Below, in pieces: positions 37,134 through 49,600 of a stretch of DNA of 64,000 nt. Position 1 is the stretch's first letter. The number at the start of each line of letters is the position of its first letter. The position numbers and the translations under genes are program-made. Under the pieces are notes generated by a model that saw nothing but the letters and a program-made list of their open reading frames with translations, was not told the origin of the DNA and made no database searches. Source of the stretch: Marsupella aquatica (taxonomy: Eukaryota; Plantae; Marchantiophyta). Where the stretch lies: the NCBI GenBank assembly GCA_973895155.1, contig OZ316899.1:6761241-6825240 (forward strand), written 5' to 3'.

Positions 37134-37441
37134 TCTCTCAATGTTGGCAATTTCCTCGAATCACTTTATGTGTAATCTTCCTCAGATAATTGATGAAGCT
37201 TCAATTTTGAATCCGCTTATAGATTTCTCCCAATTTGTAAATGGAGTCAATGGATTTCATTCAAATTTCTTTTTCGGGTTATATCCTTATGATACTTGCT
37301 TAAGCGAGCCTTTCTCAAAAAAATTTAAGAAGGATAAACTTTGTTTCAATCATTCAACAGCCCCGCATTTGATTCATCGTTGTCTTGCACAAGATCTGAT
37401 GTTGGAAAAAAAATTGCCTCTAGCGTATCATGCTGATTACG

Positions 37442-37619
37442 TGTTTGAGTAACTACACAATGATAAGTGTGTTCTTCCTTCAAGTTCCAAATGGAGTATA
37501 TACATGGTGGTTGGTTCAAGCCAAAGTCTAGGTAGTTACAGCAGTTACCTAAGGTTAAGGTAACTTAATCCTAGGTGTCCAGATAACCCAAGTCTAGACT
37601 TAACCTATGTATTATAACA
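37442..37619 (-). repeat. 5' LTR of Bianca copia, 178 bp
   Basis: TGTT...AACA termini; direct repeat of 27825-27996. Confidence 0.92.
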
Positions 37620-37841
37620 ACTAGTCATTTTTCCTTACCTTTCTTTAATTGTTAGTTTTGTTCATTGATTGCCATCAATCCTATGGAGAGAGCACTCCTT
37701 CGCAAGGATATGACTAATGAACATCCTATTTTTTCCTTTTAGTACCAATTTGCTTCTCATTAACTCTTAAAGGGAATGAATTCAGGTCCTTAGATATTAA
37801 ATTGTTATTTTAACATTGTGACCACTCTACCACACGCTTTT

Positions 37842-37859
37842 TGGCGCCACTGCCGGGGA
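37842..37859 (+). other. Primer binding site of gypsy B (Athila-type, tRNA-Asp-like)
   Basis: TGGCGCCACTGCCGGGGA. Confidence 0.8.
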
Positions 37860-39376
37860 GTGACCTAAGAATTGAAGGTACTTTGATAGATTTGAGTTGT
37901 GTAGAGATTGAAGTAATCAAAGGAGACCCTTTCAAGAGAGTCCTAAGAGGAAGTCCCTAAGAGCGAGCAGCCTCGAATCAATTCAAGTCTGTACTGGGCG
38001 GAAGCGGTGCAATCAACACAATAGAAGGAGCATATTTGAATGGATATGTTGGTACTACAAAAGAACCTGAGCGCAAAAAGCATTCATTAAACTCACAAAG
38101 CAAACCATATACAATCTTTAATGCTTCTAGGGCCTTCCAATTGGAATACGTGCATGCATTGGAGACTATGGATTTTGAAGAAGATCACTTTCCTTTGAAG
38201 GAACGGAAAAAATTAATTGCAAAAATGAAGAGCATTCTAGCAAAGGGAAGCAAGGATTCAAACAAGCACTTCAACAAAGAATTATAGAGTGGAGTTGTAA
38301 GTGGAATCCGGATTTGGGAGGAAATTTGGACATAAATAATAACTCCGGATGTGGTATCTCAAATTGGCGATTTAAATTTGTGATGATTGTTGGAAGGCGT
38401 AGGCCAAGATGAGTAGGTATGAGTGGAGTACCTTCAGGTGAATTGGAGGAACTCGAAGAAGTTTCAAGTGAAGATCTTCCATCTTCCTCTCTACAACAAA
38501 GTGATTATGGGAGTCCGTAAAACCCCCGGGTTGGTGCGGTATCTTCAGTTCGAGGAGCGTGGACGAGCGGAGGAATACCGGACCGACCAACCAAAACTAA
38601 ACCTGCATATGTTAGTTTGAGATCTGGGCCTAAGCTTGTTGTGCCTTCCGTCAAGGGAAGAAGAAGGAGTCTGGCACGACCAAGCACAACTTTGGCACAA
38701 ATTCTGGCAACGTCACAAGCACCACCACCACCAGGAGGACTTGCAATGGCAAGCCAATCAAGGATTCGTTATGATTACTTCAAAGGGAAGAAGTCTAACT
38801 CCAAAGCCTGGATGGAGAATTTTGAGGCTGTGGCAATGTCCAACGGAGATGATGCACCAGACATAAAAGCTAAAAAAAATTGGAGGTCTCATGAGTGGTG
38901 AAGCCAGAACATGGTACTCTAACCTAGCACATACAACTGATTGGGCTGTGGTAAAACCAGAATTTCTGAAGGCATTCCGAGGAGATGGAGCCACTGCTTG
39001 GGCGTTTACACAACTCAATTCCATAATGATGAAGAAGGCGGATTCCTTGAGTGGTTACCTCCAAAGCATTAACTGGCTAATCAAGAAAGTTACACCAGCT
39101 CCACCGGCTTACTTGATCAAGGGATGGTTTATTCAAGGATTGTACCCTGGATTGAATAAGTTTGTCAGAAGGTCCAATCCTACCACATTGACTGAGGCTT
39201 ACAATGTAGCTCAATCTTATATAGATGCCAATCTCCCCCAACGGTCTTAGTTGGCAAAAGAGATTGAAGAAGAAGAAAGGAAAAAGAAGAAGTCTAAGAA
39301 AAAGAAAAAGAAACAAGCCGATTCTTCCTCTTCTGAAGATGATACATCCAGTGAGAGCGATGATAGTGGAGATGAT

Positions 39377-40840
39377 AGTGGTGGACCTAGCCACCCAGCG
39401 CCCTCACCAATCCCAGCACTTGCACCTAAGTGCCCTTGGTGCCCGAACGCCTCCATGGAATACCTCGAGCAACCATCCAAGTGCCTCTAGCACCACCTGC
39501 GGCCACTCCCATACGAAGCCGCACTTGCTCACCTACACGAACGCTACTCAAGGGTCCTCACTGTCTGCACAAGCAACCAAGCACCTCGGTAAGTAACCCC
39601 ACCGGATCTAGAACTCGCCAAGTCTAGTATCCTAACTCAAGCTCAACAGACGTTGGTAAATAGGTCAGCAATAGGTCCTCCCGATGCCATAAGCCGGAAC
39701 CAAAACCCACGCCCACTGTGAGTCCAGGATAGCTCCTTCCTTGGGCGCAGCCCGGGTTCCCCCTCGTACGTATCCATCACCAACTGACCGCCCTGACCCC
39801 AGGACATGCTCATGGCCCAAGTAGCGTAGCTTGTCCTAAATCTTGTCCCAAGCTTGTCTCAACACGCCGGGACCAGAATGACCCCAACTCTAACAACCGC
39901 TCCCAGTTCGCCCCACTGATGGTCCAGGGACCGAGCGCCCTTGGGACTCAGCCTCCATACCTACTTGGCCTTTCCTCCCCAACGCAAGCTCCCTTGGGAG
40001 GCTGAACGCGGCTTGGCTGCTGTTCGGTAGGATTTGGCAAATGGGCAAGCTAACAACCGCAAACCACAAGAACCTATGGCACCCCCAGATCCAGCTGAGC
40101 TTTCCAACGCACCTAAGAAGTCCTCCAATGGACTTCCCGTTGGGAAGATATTGTCATTTCCGTTTGGCGGATTCCCCTAGTGTCGCGACGCCGCGGCTCA
40201 CGACTTCGGCTCGCCCTTAGCCCCCAGGGAGACACCACTCCCCTCATATATGCTTCTGGAGACCTGCCACCACGGACCAGATTTGGTCCCTAAACATTTG
40301 GCCCCCAACCCGGATCCCATCGCGCACAATGGGCGCGCCACCAACTGGCAACGCCCATAACTTTCTTGATAGGCATCCGCAAGCGGAGTGCCTTAGCCCG
40401 TTGTGACCGGGCCGACCCAATGCTCATGCCTAGGCCCTCAGGTCTGATCGCCGCTCGGGGCCCCCAACCGGCCCAACCCGGATTGGGCCACAACTTGCAC
40501 CCCAAGCGTCCGTTACCAATGGCGTCAACTCCATTGGCCTTGGGCCTAAGAGGAGCTCACTCCCAAACCCTCAGAACTCAAAGCCCATCCGACGGTTCGG
40601 ACGGCCATCCTTGAGCCTGGCCCATTTCCCCTTGACCCGACCAGCCATAGGCTAGTCCAAGTCCTTAGTTTGTGTCCCCAACTTGGCCCCTTGCCTCGCC
40701 AGTGCCACGTCTCATTGCCCACAAGTCTCCCCATGCTAAGTCCTCCCCGGATGGCCTATCCGGGCCTAGACCATAAGGGAGCTCGGCATCGGAGTCAGCC
40801 ATGCCGGAGCTAAGTGTTAAGGTAGTCGAGTTCCGCGACT
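39377..40840 (-). mobile_element. Solo LTR of the chromovirus family, 1464 bp, TSD ATGAT
   Basis: Reverse complement of 11124-12595. ATGAT at 39372-39376 and 40841-40845. Confidence 0.95.
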
Positions 40841-41479
40841 ATGATGCAGATAGCAATGATGAGGAGGAGGTGAATTCCAAGAAAGTGTCCACTGTTAAAC
40901 CTACAAAAACTGCAAAAAGTGAAGGCAAAATGGTAGACATAATGGAAGGTCTTGCCAACCAAATGAAGGGATTGGCCGTAAACCTTGCGATGAACAACCC
41001 ACCACGGAGACCCTTACAACAATAGAGGTACAATGTGTGGTGCGTTGTTTGTAAGAAGATGGGCCATTATCCTAATGAATGCCCTAGCTCAAAGCATGAA
41101 TTACATTGCAAGTGAAGACTATGAAGGTGAGATAGAATGTGATCCAGAGTTCCAGAGGTATGAAGATTTAGTGTATCAAGTTCAACCTCAGGGCCCTGTA
41201 CAATACTTCCCTAGACCACCAATAAGACCCCAAGGGGGACCTAATAGGCCTGTCTATAAGCCACCTATGGCACCACCAGGAGGATACCCATTGCTAGGAA
41301 CTTTGCCAAGAGGTGTATGTTGGAATTGTGGGGATCAAGCCCATTTTTCACCACAATGCCCATGGCCAAAGAGACTTGAAGGGATGACTCCTTTGTGTGG
41401 GAACTGCGGTAAGGAAGGTCACTTACCTATGGAATGCCCTGCACCACCAAAGCCGAAGATGTTGGTAAGGTATGTACAA

Positions 41480-41673
41480 GAGAATAGGTTTGGAAAATCT
41501 TTCAAGGCTCTCTAGGTCCATAGTTTCTTTGAGGACATAGTTGTCCTCTTCTGAGCAATCTCTTTTGGTTGCTCTTTTCTTTGATTGCATTGTACTTTAC
41601 TTTTTGTGGCAGCTCCTTTGACTTTCATGGTCCCGGAGCTTATAATACATTACCATTACCATTACCATTACCA
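41480..41673 (+). mobile_element. LINE 3' fragment (~190 bp) with (CATTAC)n tail
   Basis: Near-identical to the reverse complement of 28561-28750. Confidence 0.9.
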
Positions 41674-43001
41674 AAGATACCCAAAAACCCGAATCTAATG
41701 TTAGGCTCATGTGTTATGAGGAGGAAATGTGGGTACCAGAAGAACAGGTGGACCATGTCCAAATTGTGGAAATCACCTCTCCAACTTATCGGGACCCAAG
41801 GAAGGAGTCTACACCCCAAGTCGCCATAGTGAAGAAAGAGGAGAAAGAACGGGGAAAACTATTTCCAAGTGCAGGTCAGGATCTGAATCCGGAAATTAAA
41901 ACTGCTACCACCAAAATTCCGGATATGAATAATGGAGGACCACAAGGCCTGGTGTTTGACATTGAGGTACCTCACTTAGTCAAGGAAGAGGAACTTGACC
42001 AACCTAACAAAAGAGTTAGAGAGAGAGATAGAGTACTGAACGTGTTCGCAGTTACTAGATCTAAAGATTAAAAGTTGGCTAAAGTCCTTGAGAAGGAATT
42101 GAAGAAGGTCAGGCAACCTAAAGCAACGGAAAGAGAAGAGGTGGACCACAGGAACGATGGAGCATATGATCGTAACGATCTTAAATACTTCTTACTGGAC
42201 ATATTTGCAGAAGTCAAAGAGATTTTGGCTTGCAAATTACAAGTGAAACCTGAAATCAAGAAGTCAATTACCCCTATGGTGCCTTCAATTAAGGAAGGAA
42301 AATTGAAGTTGGAGAAATTCCAACTGTATGATATTGTGACATACATTGACAATGTCAAAGCCAACATCACAATAGGAGAATTGATAAGAATTAACCGTCA
42401 ATTTTGAAGGGAGATCAGATTAGTAGGTGGCAGAAGAAGGAGAAAAGCCAAATAGCCAATTGTAGATGGGCATAATTGCTTCCACCTTGAGGCTTTGGAT
42501 AGAGGACAACCTATATTGACCGTTCAAATTGCTAGGTGTTCCATTTTGGGAGTTCCCGTGGATGGAGGATCAGGTGTCAACCTCATGACAGAATCTATTG
42601 CATACAATTTGGGATTTGAAAAATTCAAGCCCACTGATTGGTTCTTAAGAATGGTGGACCAAACTTGGGTTGCTCTAGTTGGAATTTTGCAGAATGTGGA
42701 TACAATAATTGGAGGCATTATATTTCCTTTAGTGTATGTAATTATTCAACCCTCTTCTCCTTCCAATTTTCCAATCCTGTTAGGATTGCCTTGGCTGTAT
42801 GGTGTTGGGGTGAAGGTTAATTGGACTATGAAAGAATTGACTCTTGGTACCCCTAGAGTGACTGTTAGCTGGGAAGGAGACCCTCACCAGGGCAAGACAG
42901 AAATGGACAAAGGCTAATTCCACGGTCACATCTACAGACTCTGATTTGATCATAAACCAGACCAAGCAACGGAAAGAAGATCACGTGCAATTTCTTGATA
43001 A

Positions 43002-43059
43002 AGCTCCTTTGACTTTCATGGTCCCGGAGCTTATAATACATTACCATTACCATTACCAT
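43002..43059 (+). mobile_element. LINE 3' fragment (~58 bp) with (CATTAC)n tail
   Basis: agctcctttgactttcatggtcccggagcttataatacattacc... is identical to the other two copies. Confidence 0.88.
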
Positions 43060-45023
43060 ATTTTCAAATTTGATGCTCCCGTGGAGATGGAAGAGAGTCC
43101 AGAAATAATTGTCATAACTGAAATTCCGGAACTTGGTAGAACTCCGGAAACATCGGCAAATCCGGATCAATCACACTTCAACCGAGAAACTCTGATTTTA
43201 CACTCTGATCCGGAAAAGGACTCTGAAGCAGGCTTACAGCCTGGATGACGTCATAACCCTTCCTACCTAAGTACTGGAGTCAAATCTAGGATCTTGGATG
43301 GGGAGGGCGTCACAAGTGACCAAGAAGGTGTCAGCAAGGAGTTCTTACCAGGAGAAGCAAAAGGATTGACCATTGAACCTATGGGTTTTACTGAAGGGAC
43401 AGTAGACCCAACAGCTTGCCAAAAGGTGGAGATTGAACCAGGAAACTTCTTGAATATCAGCAATCATATTTAGGGTGACCTGAGAACTAAGTATGTGGAA
43501 TTGTTGAAGCAATATAGGGATGTCTTTGCCTGGAGTCATACCGATATTAAAGGCATACCCTCTTATCTGGAACAACATTGGATAGACTTGGTTGAAGGAG
43601 CATTTCCAATCAGGCAAAGACAATATCGCCTTAATCCAAAATACTCCATAATGGTGAAAGACAAGATTGATAAGCTAACCCAAGCCGAATTCATTTTTCC
43701 AGTCCTAAGTAGTGAGTGGGTTTCTCCCATAGTCATTGTACCTAAGAAACCAGGTCCGGATGGAAAAGATTTCCGGAAGTTGAATGCAGCCACCAGGAAG
43801 GACCATTACCCCTTACCTTTCATTGACATTGTTTTAGGTACGGTTGCAGGACATGACCTTTTTAGCTTCCTCGATGGTTACCCTAGGTACAATCAAATTT
43901 CAGTTAGGGAGGAAGACCGTGACAAGACCACATGCACTATGGACTGGGGCACATATGCTTTCTCAGTAATGCCATTTGGACTCTGCAATGCCCCAAGAAC
44001 CTTTCAGGGATCATCATGATTATTTTTCAAGAATACCTTCATCAATTTTTGGAAATTTTTATTGACAATTTTTGTGTTTCAGTACGAAAGAGGACCATCT
44101 GGAAAAGCTGAGATTAACTTTCCAGAAATGCAGAGAAACTTGCCTTTGCTTACATTCAGAAAAATGTTTCATGGGGATGCAAAAGGGAGTGTTTTTGGGA
44201 CACGTAATCTCTAGAAAAGGGATTGAAGTGGATGTTGAAAAAGTGAAGATCATTCAAAATCTTCAACCCCCTACTAACTTAAGAGAGTTGAGAGCATTTT
44301 TAGGTCATGTGGGATACTACCAAAGATTTATTCCTAAATATGCTTAGATTGCAATGCCACTGACCTAGTTGCTCAAGAAGGATGTTGAATATACCTGGAC
44401 TGAAGCTCGACAAATAGCTTTTCGGAATTTGAAGGATAAGTTGGTAACTGCACCAGTGTTGATACCACCTGATTGGGACCAGCCTTTTCATGTGTACATT
44501 GACACTTCAACAATTTGTGTTGGGGCAATCCTCAGTCAGAAGGACAAAGCTGGTAAGGACCACCCTATCTTCTATGCTAGTAGACAAATGAACCCTGATG
44601 AGAAGAACTATATAGTCACGAAAATGGAAGCATTGGCGGTGGTGTTCGCTTGTAAGAAGTTCAGACACTATCTTTTGGGATATCATACGGTATTTCACAC
44701 AGACCATTCTTCGCTGAAATATTTAGCCAATCAAACTGACCTTTTGGGAAGAATTGCTAGATGGGTTCTTTTACAACAAGAATTGACTTTATTGTGGAAG
44801 TTCAACCCAGAAAACATCATGAGAATGCCAATTTCTTATTGAGATTAGGAGGTGAAGCGAATGAATGTCCATTGAATGATGGATTTCCGGATGAAGACAT
44901 TTTTTGTGTCCATGAGGAGGATTCCTGGCATGCAAATATCATCAAACTTCTGACCTTGGGTGTTTTACCAGAGAATTTGAACAAGGAGCAGCAAGCAGTC
45001 TTCATTAATAAGGTTGGGCCTTA

Positions 45024-48000
45024 TGTGATGCCACCAACACGGCGGTTAATGAGTAATCCGGTCTAATCCATGCTTAGCACGTGCACTATGGACATAGTAG
45101 TCCATAATAATTAGCATAATGACACTAAAGTAGGTAGTAATCATGACTAGGACATCATTAGTCAATAAGGAGCATTTACGCTCGGGCTGACGGCGGAGCA
45201 CCATTCGTACCCCCGGGTTTCAGGCGTGTGGGGAGGTCCCCTCGGGTCCGTATAAAGACTCAAGGGGGCGGCTTGTTGTCACGCTCTGACCCAGACCTGC
45301 GGAGTGGCCGGTACAGTGCAAGCGTGAAAGGATTGGCCTATCAAAAGGAGGAAGGGGCCGTTCGGCCGACGAGCTCTCAGGGTATAAAAGGCGGGCCATT
45401 CTCTCGCAAAGCACCAGCACTTCACCCCGTCGCGCTAGCTTTGATCCCAGCTTACTCATCCATTCCTTAGACATCCATCGCCTTTCCCTATATGTCAGTC
45501 ACTATTATGTCCAGTTCTGCCCTTCGGTTCTGGCTTCAATTTCTATCCATCAGAAATCATTTAGCAAAGTCACTGGTTGAGGTCAACCCGCATCGGTACG
45601 AAACCAAAAGGCAGTATGAACAACTCATTTGTCTAGCCGGGCGCTCTCACTATAACAGAGATTTGAACCTCCCATTCCAGAGCAAGCTCTGTCATCCTGA
45701 AAAAATCTCCAAATACTTCTTCGATGGCCCAAAGTAAGTCGGTTTCCAGGAAGCACTCCTTTGGCTTCCGGATAAGGTCTTCACACTCCCGGGCACGATC
45801 GATTTACAACGACACCCACTTTGATCATATCCCCACCAAAGTCCAGGCCTCCATAGACTACTAGTTTGGTACCGCAGCTACGGGTGGAACCCCTATCCTG
45901 ACCATCCAGCTTCCCCGCAGACTTCCTGAATCTTATGGCACCTCCTCCAGCTACAATCATTGCTGACTTGTCGGTGCCCACACCAACACCACCTCAGCCT
46001 CAGCCAAGCCAATCTCCACCACCGGTTGCACCACCCCTCCAGGTGAAATCCATAGTAAACGCGGTGTACATCAGTTCCAAAGATGAGGGAGCTCACCCTC
46101 CCCTAAACCGGCAACCTCGAGGTGCAACTCAGCATACGCCTGGAAACACGTCACCACCTGCATGAGCCCCAGTGGATAACATGGTGACTGTGGCGGCCCC
46201 AGCACCAATGCTTGCAGCGGTAGCGCTGTCGCCGCCTGATAGAGGATGGGGAAATGTCCCCCTCTTCAAGTAACCCCGGGAACTAGTCCCGGGGTAGGAA
46301 GAGAAAGGAACCTGCAGCTGTATCCGGGCTGCCTTTGGCCATAGTTGCGGTGGCCAAGCTGACCATGCATTGCAATGGGGAGAATGTCCACAAGAACATC
46401 CTCCACCCCAAGCATGCATGCTACCTGAAGACCCAAGGGTTTGAGCACCTCGCCTCTCTCCCTTGGAATGGAAGTAGGTACTACGGGCAGGACATGACGG
46501 AGTTTATCCAGAACTTTGGTGAGGCCCACCAACAAACCCGAGCGCACGGGAGAGTGATGTCCCTCAATGAGGCACGTCTTAAGATGATCTTTGGCCTACC
46601 CAAAGGAATAAATTGGGTGGAATCATTGCTCCCAAGGGCAAAGGAGCCAAGTATCAATCTTCTAGCTTCCCGGCTGAGGGAGCAGTGGAAATGGATTCTT
46701 GATGAGGACATGCCTCATCCCGGAGATAGCAAAACGGCTGGAGTTCCAGCGGTACGCCCTCCACATGATGGAACCAAGGGGCAAAATATCCGCCGCACAG
46801 GTCATCCAGGTCAAGAACTACCAGCCTAGGAAGTGGGCGTCCTTCTTTGCCAAGAAATTCCACAAGGAGATGGAGCGGAGAAGGAAGACTTTGTACCTCA
46901 GCGGGAAGGCGTACTTTGCTAGCCACATCAAAATCATCATCAAGCAATATGCCCATTTTGACCGCCAAAGCCTCCCTCGTATCAATGAGCCCGAGCTGAC
47001 CCCATTGCGGTGGATATTCTTGGCCCAGGAGAGGCAACCTGAGCCCGAGGCCCAAAGTCTGGTGGCCATGAGACCTGCTACCCCGGCCCTGCAATCAGCC
47101 GCTGCTGCCCCTCCAAATGTATCAGACGATGCAGTCATTGCGACCTTGGACGTGATCAACCGGGTCAACGCGATTGAAGCTGGGCTGGTAGAGGCCGGAC
47201 CCAAGCCCGAGACTGCAATTGTAGAGGACGTCCTGCCAACCTCCACGATTGTTCAGGAGAACCGCCCAGCCCCAGCAAACCCAGCCCCCTCTCCTGCCAT
47301 ACTTCAAGGGTTGGACGTCACCACTCCAACTCCAGCGCTAGCTGAGGTCTGTCCTTGCCCAAACCCGAAGGGGCATAGTTTGGAAAGCCCGAAACTCTTT
47401 GAACCGGGCACGTTTTTGAATGGGTTGCTGGGAGACTTCTCTCAACAAATTGCACGGGATAGCGGGGAGTACATGGCACGGAAGGTGGCCTACTTCTTCA
47501 ACCAAGAGTTGGTTGCAGCCGTGCAGTCAAGATATGCGCAAGCCGAGGCTACGCAGAGAATAGAGTGGTATCGGATTGAGTCTTCCCACCTAAAAGACAA
47601 AGTTGCAGCTTGGGAGACCAAACTCCAACTGCTACAGCCTCAGGTTGTGGCCACTGAAGATCAAGTGGCCAAATCTAGGGCCTGGGCATCCTTGGCAGAG
47701 CAGGCCGGAGTTGGGAAGGACGCCAAGATTGCACGGCTCCAAACCCAGATTGACGGTTTGAAGGGACAAGTCGTCATCTGGCAAAAGGATGTGGAGGAGG
47801 TTGACACTCGGGTCCAGCGGGACACAGCCAAGATAGACGTCCTAAAGGCGGAAGTGGCACGGCTTCAAGGAGAAGCCTCAAAGCAGGCCTCGTTGGTGGA
47901 CAAGCTGACCAACGATGTCCAACAATTGGAAGAGGCGTGTCAGGAAGCCACGGAGGAGACGGACGGGGCAAAGCAAGAGAACAAATCTTTGCTGGACCAG

Positions 48001-48998
48001 GTCCAGCTCCTCAAGCAAGACGCCGACCGGCTCAGAAGGCAACGGGATGGGCACCCCAAGTCCAACTCTGGCGGATCTAGCAAGTGTGCCAAAAATTATC
48101 GGCGGAATAGATGTAGGATAGAGTTAGGAATAGGATAGTCAGGCGATAAGGACAAGCGCTAAAACTAGTTAGCGGCGCTGTCCTATCCAACCAACCTTCG
48201 TAGTTAGGATCTTAGAATAAGACACGCCGTTTTACAGCCTGACAGTTAGTAGAGTTTAGAATCTGGGATAACTTAGATTTGAGCACTTGGGGGGTCCGGA
48301 CCCCCGCTCTTAGTATTTAGTGCACCCCTCGGTAGAGGCAAGGGGGGATTTTAGTTTCAGAACCGGGTATCCGCAGAGTGTGCGGGGAGTCCTGGCCTTT
48401 GTGAGTAAAAGAATACCACGGAGGGAGGGTACGACTAAGCTCACTGGGCGAGTGCGGAGCCGGGCTCCGTTGTAGTGTATGTTGCTCTGCCGTTGGGCCT
48501 GTTTACTCAAGAGATGTCAAGTCAACCGTGTATATGTGTATGACGGATTCTGAAGTAAAGTCTTTTTCCACCATTTCCTTTGTGTAAACCGAGATTGTAT
48601 GTGTGTGAGTTCAATTGCATGTATGAATCTCGTATACGGGTAGAGAATGCTTGGCCGAACGCAACATCCAAGCCATGCACGGGGTGTTGGTTGCGAATAG
48701 TGGTTGCAAGCCCGGGTTGGATACCTGTATCATCGGATTTGGATCGGAGGCGGACAATACGAAGGCTTAAAAGCCCTTAAGCCGGGATCAATCCAGCTAT
48801 TGACTTAAGGTACGTTTTGGTGGCGGAACACAAACTATACCCATGATATTTGTATAGGTAGGAATAGGCGCACTTAGCGCTCGATTACGGGAATAAGGTT
48901 CAGTTTGCACATCCCTCCTTGCCCAAACCCTTAAAACTAATGAAGATTATGCCCGTCTAAGCCAAAATCCACACAAGGACAAAGCTTATGATGTGACA
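45024..48998 (+). mobile_element. Giant solo LTR (3975 bp) related to LTR A, TSD CCTTA, gene-bearing
   Basis: TGT...ACA ends. CCTTA at 45019-45023 and 48999-49003. Removing the unit restores the integrase reading KVGPYTLREGVLYK. Confidence 0.9.
46335..48138 (+). pseudogene. LTR-encoded protein (plant-transposon-protein-like domain plus coiled coil), frameshift ~46650-46700
   Basis: ORFs 46335-46829 and 46699-48138, homologous to 23600-25190. Upstream coding segments at 45492-46165. Confidence 0.78.
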
Positions 48999-49600
48999 CC
49001 TTATACCTTACGAGAAGGTGTTTTGTACAAGCAAACTCCAGACCAAGAGTTCAAGCGATGTCTCGGGAAGAAGGAGATCAAGATTGTCATTCAGGCCATG
49101 CATACAGAAGAGGTCAGTGGACATTATGCATTAATGAACACTGTGGATAAAATCCGGAATGCTGGTTACTTGGTGGCCGACCATGTATAAGGATACCTAG
49201 TCTTACATCCAAGCTTGTGATCCATGTCAGAGAATGGGTAAACCTTCTTCCACTTCTCATTGGCCTTCAACTCCTGTAATGCCTCTAGCAAAAGTGGGGA
49301 ATAGACTTTGTGGGTCCCATTCAACCTCCCTCAGCCAGAACCAGAAATAGATACATCATTCTTGCCACAGATTATGCAACAAAGTGGGTGGAAGCTAGAG
49401 CAACCAGGAAAAATGATGCTCAGACAGCAGCTAAATTCATTTTTGAAAATATTTTGGTCCGGTTTGCTTGCCCTTTGGAGTTGGTCAGTGATAGAGGTCT
49501 TCATTTTCTCAACAGTACTATCCAAAGTCTCACTGATACATATCTTATCCGTCATAGAAAAACTACTCCTTACAATCCTAAAGCTAATGGGTTGATGGAA
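48999..49600 (+). pseudogene. Integrase of gypsy B (HHCC and core), truncated
   Basis: MH...SGH, CDPCQ, WGIDFVGP, ATDYATKWVEA, VSDRG, YNPKANG. Confidence 0.92.

Larger units (their letters stand above)
27825..37619 (-). mobile_element. Full-length Ty1/copia element of the Bianca lineage, TSD ACTAG, inserted in LTR B
   Basis: LTRs 27825-27996 and 37442-37619. ACTAG at 27820-27824 and 37620-37624. CGTAATCAGCATGA PBS-like site and gag start KLNFQALDIDGSNYLSWSLDVEAHL are Bianca-typical. Confidence 0.92.
38745..45023 (+). pseudogene. gag-PR-RT-RH-INT(start) of gypsy B, degenerate and interrupted
   Basis: WMENFEAVA..GEARTWY gag; CWNCGDQAHFSPQC and CGNCGKEGHLPMEC knuckles; VPVDGGSGVNLM; DFRKLNAATRKDHYPLP; MPFGLCNAP; FHVYIDTS..FRHYLLG. 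Confidence 0.9.
26435..49600 (+). mobile_element. Non-chromovirus Ty3/gypsy element B (Athila-type PBS), host of several nested insertions
   Basis: LTR remnant 26435-27824 + 37625-37834, PBS 37842-37859, then gag, PR, RT, RH and INT, cut off at the CACTA TIR. Confidence 0.85.

Noticed and set aside
37842-37859. tRNA-related sequence as a tRNA gene (also 12598, 22501)
   Set aside because: Only 12-19 nt complementary to tRNA 3' ends; these are primer binding sites.
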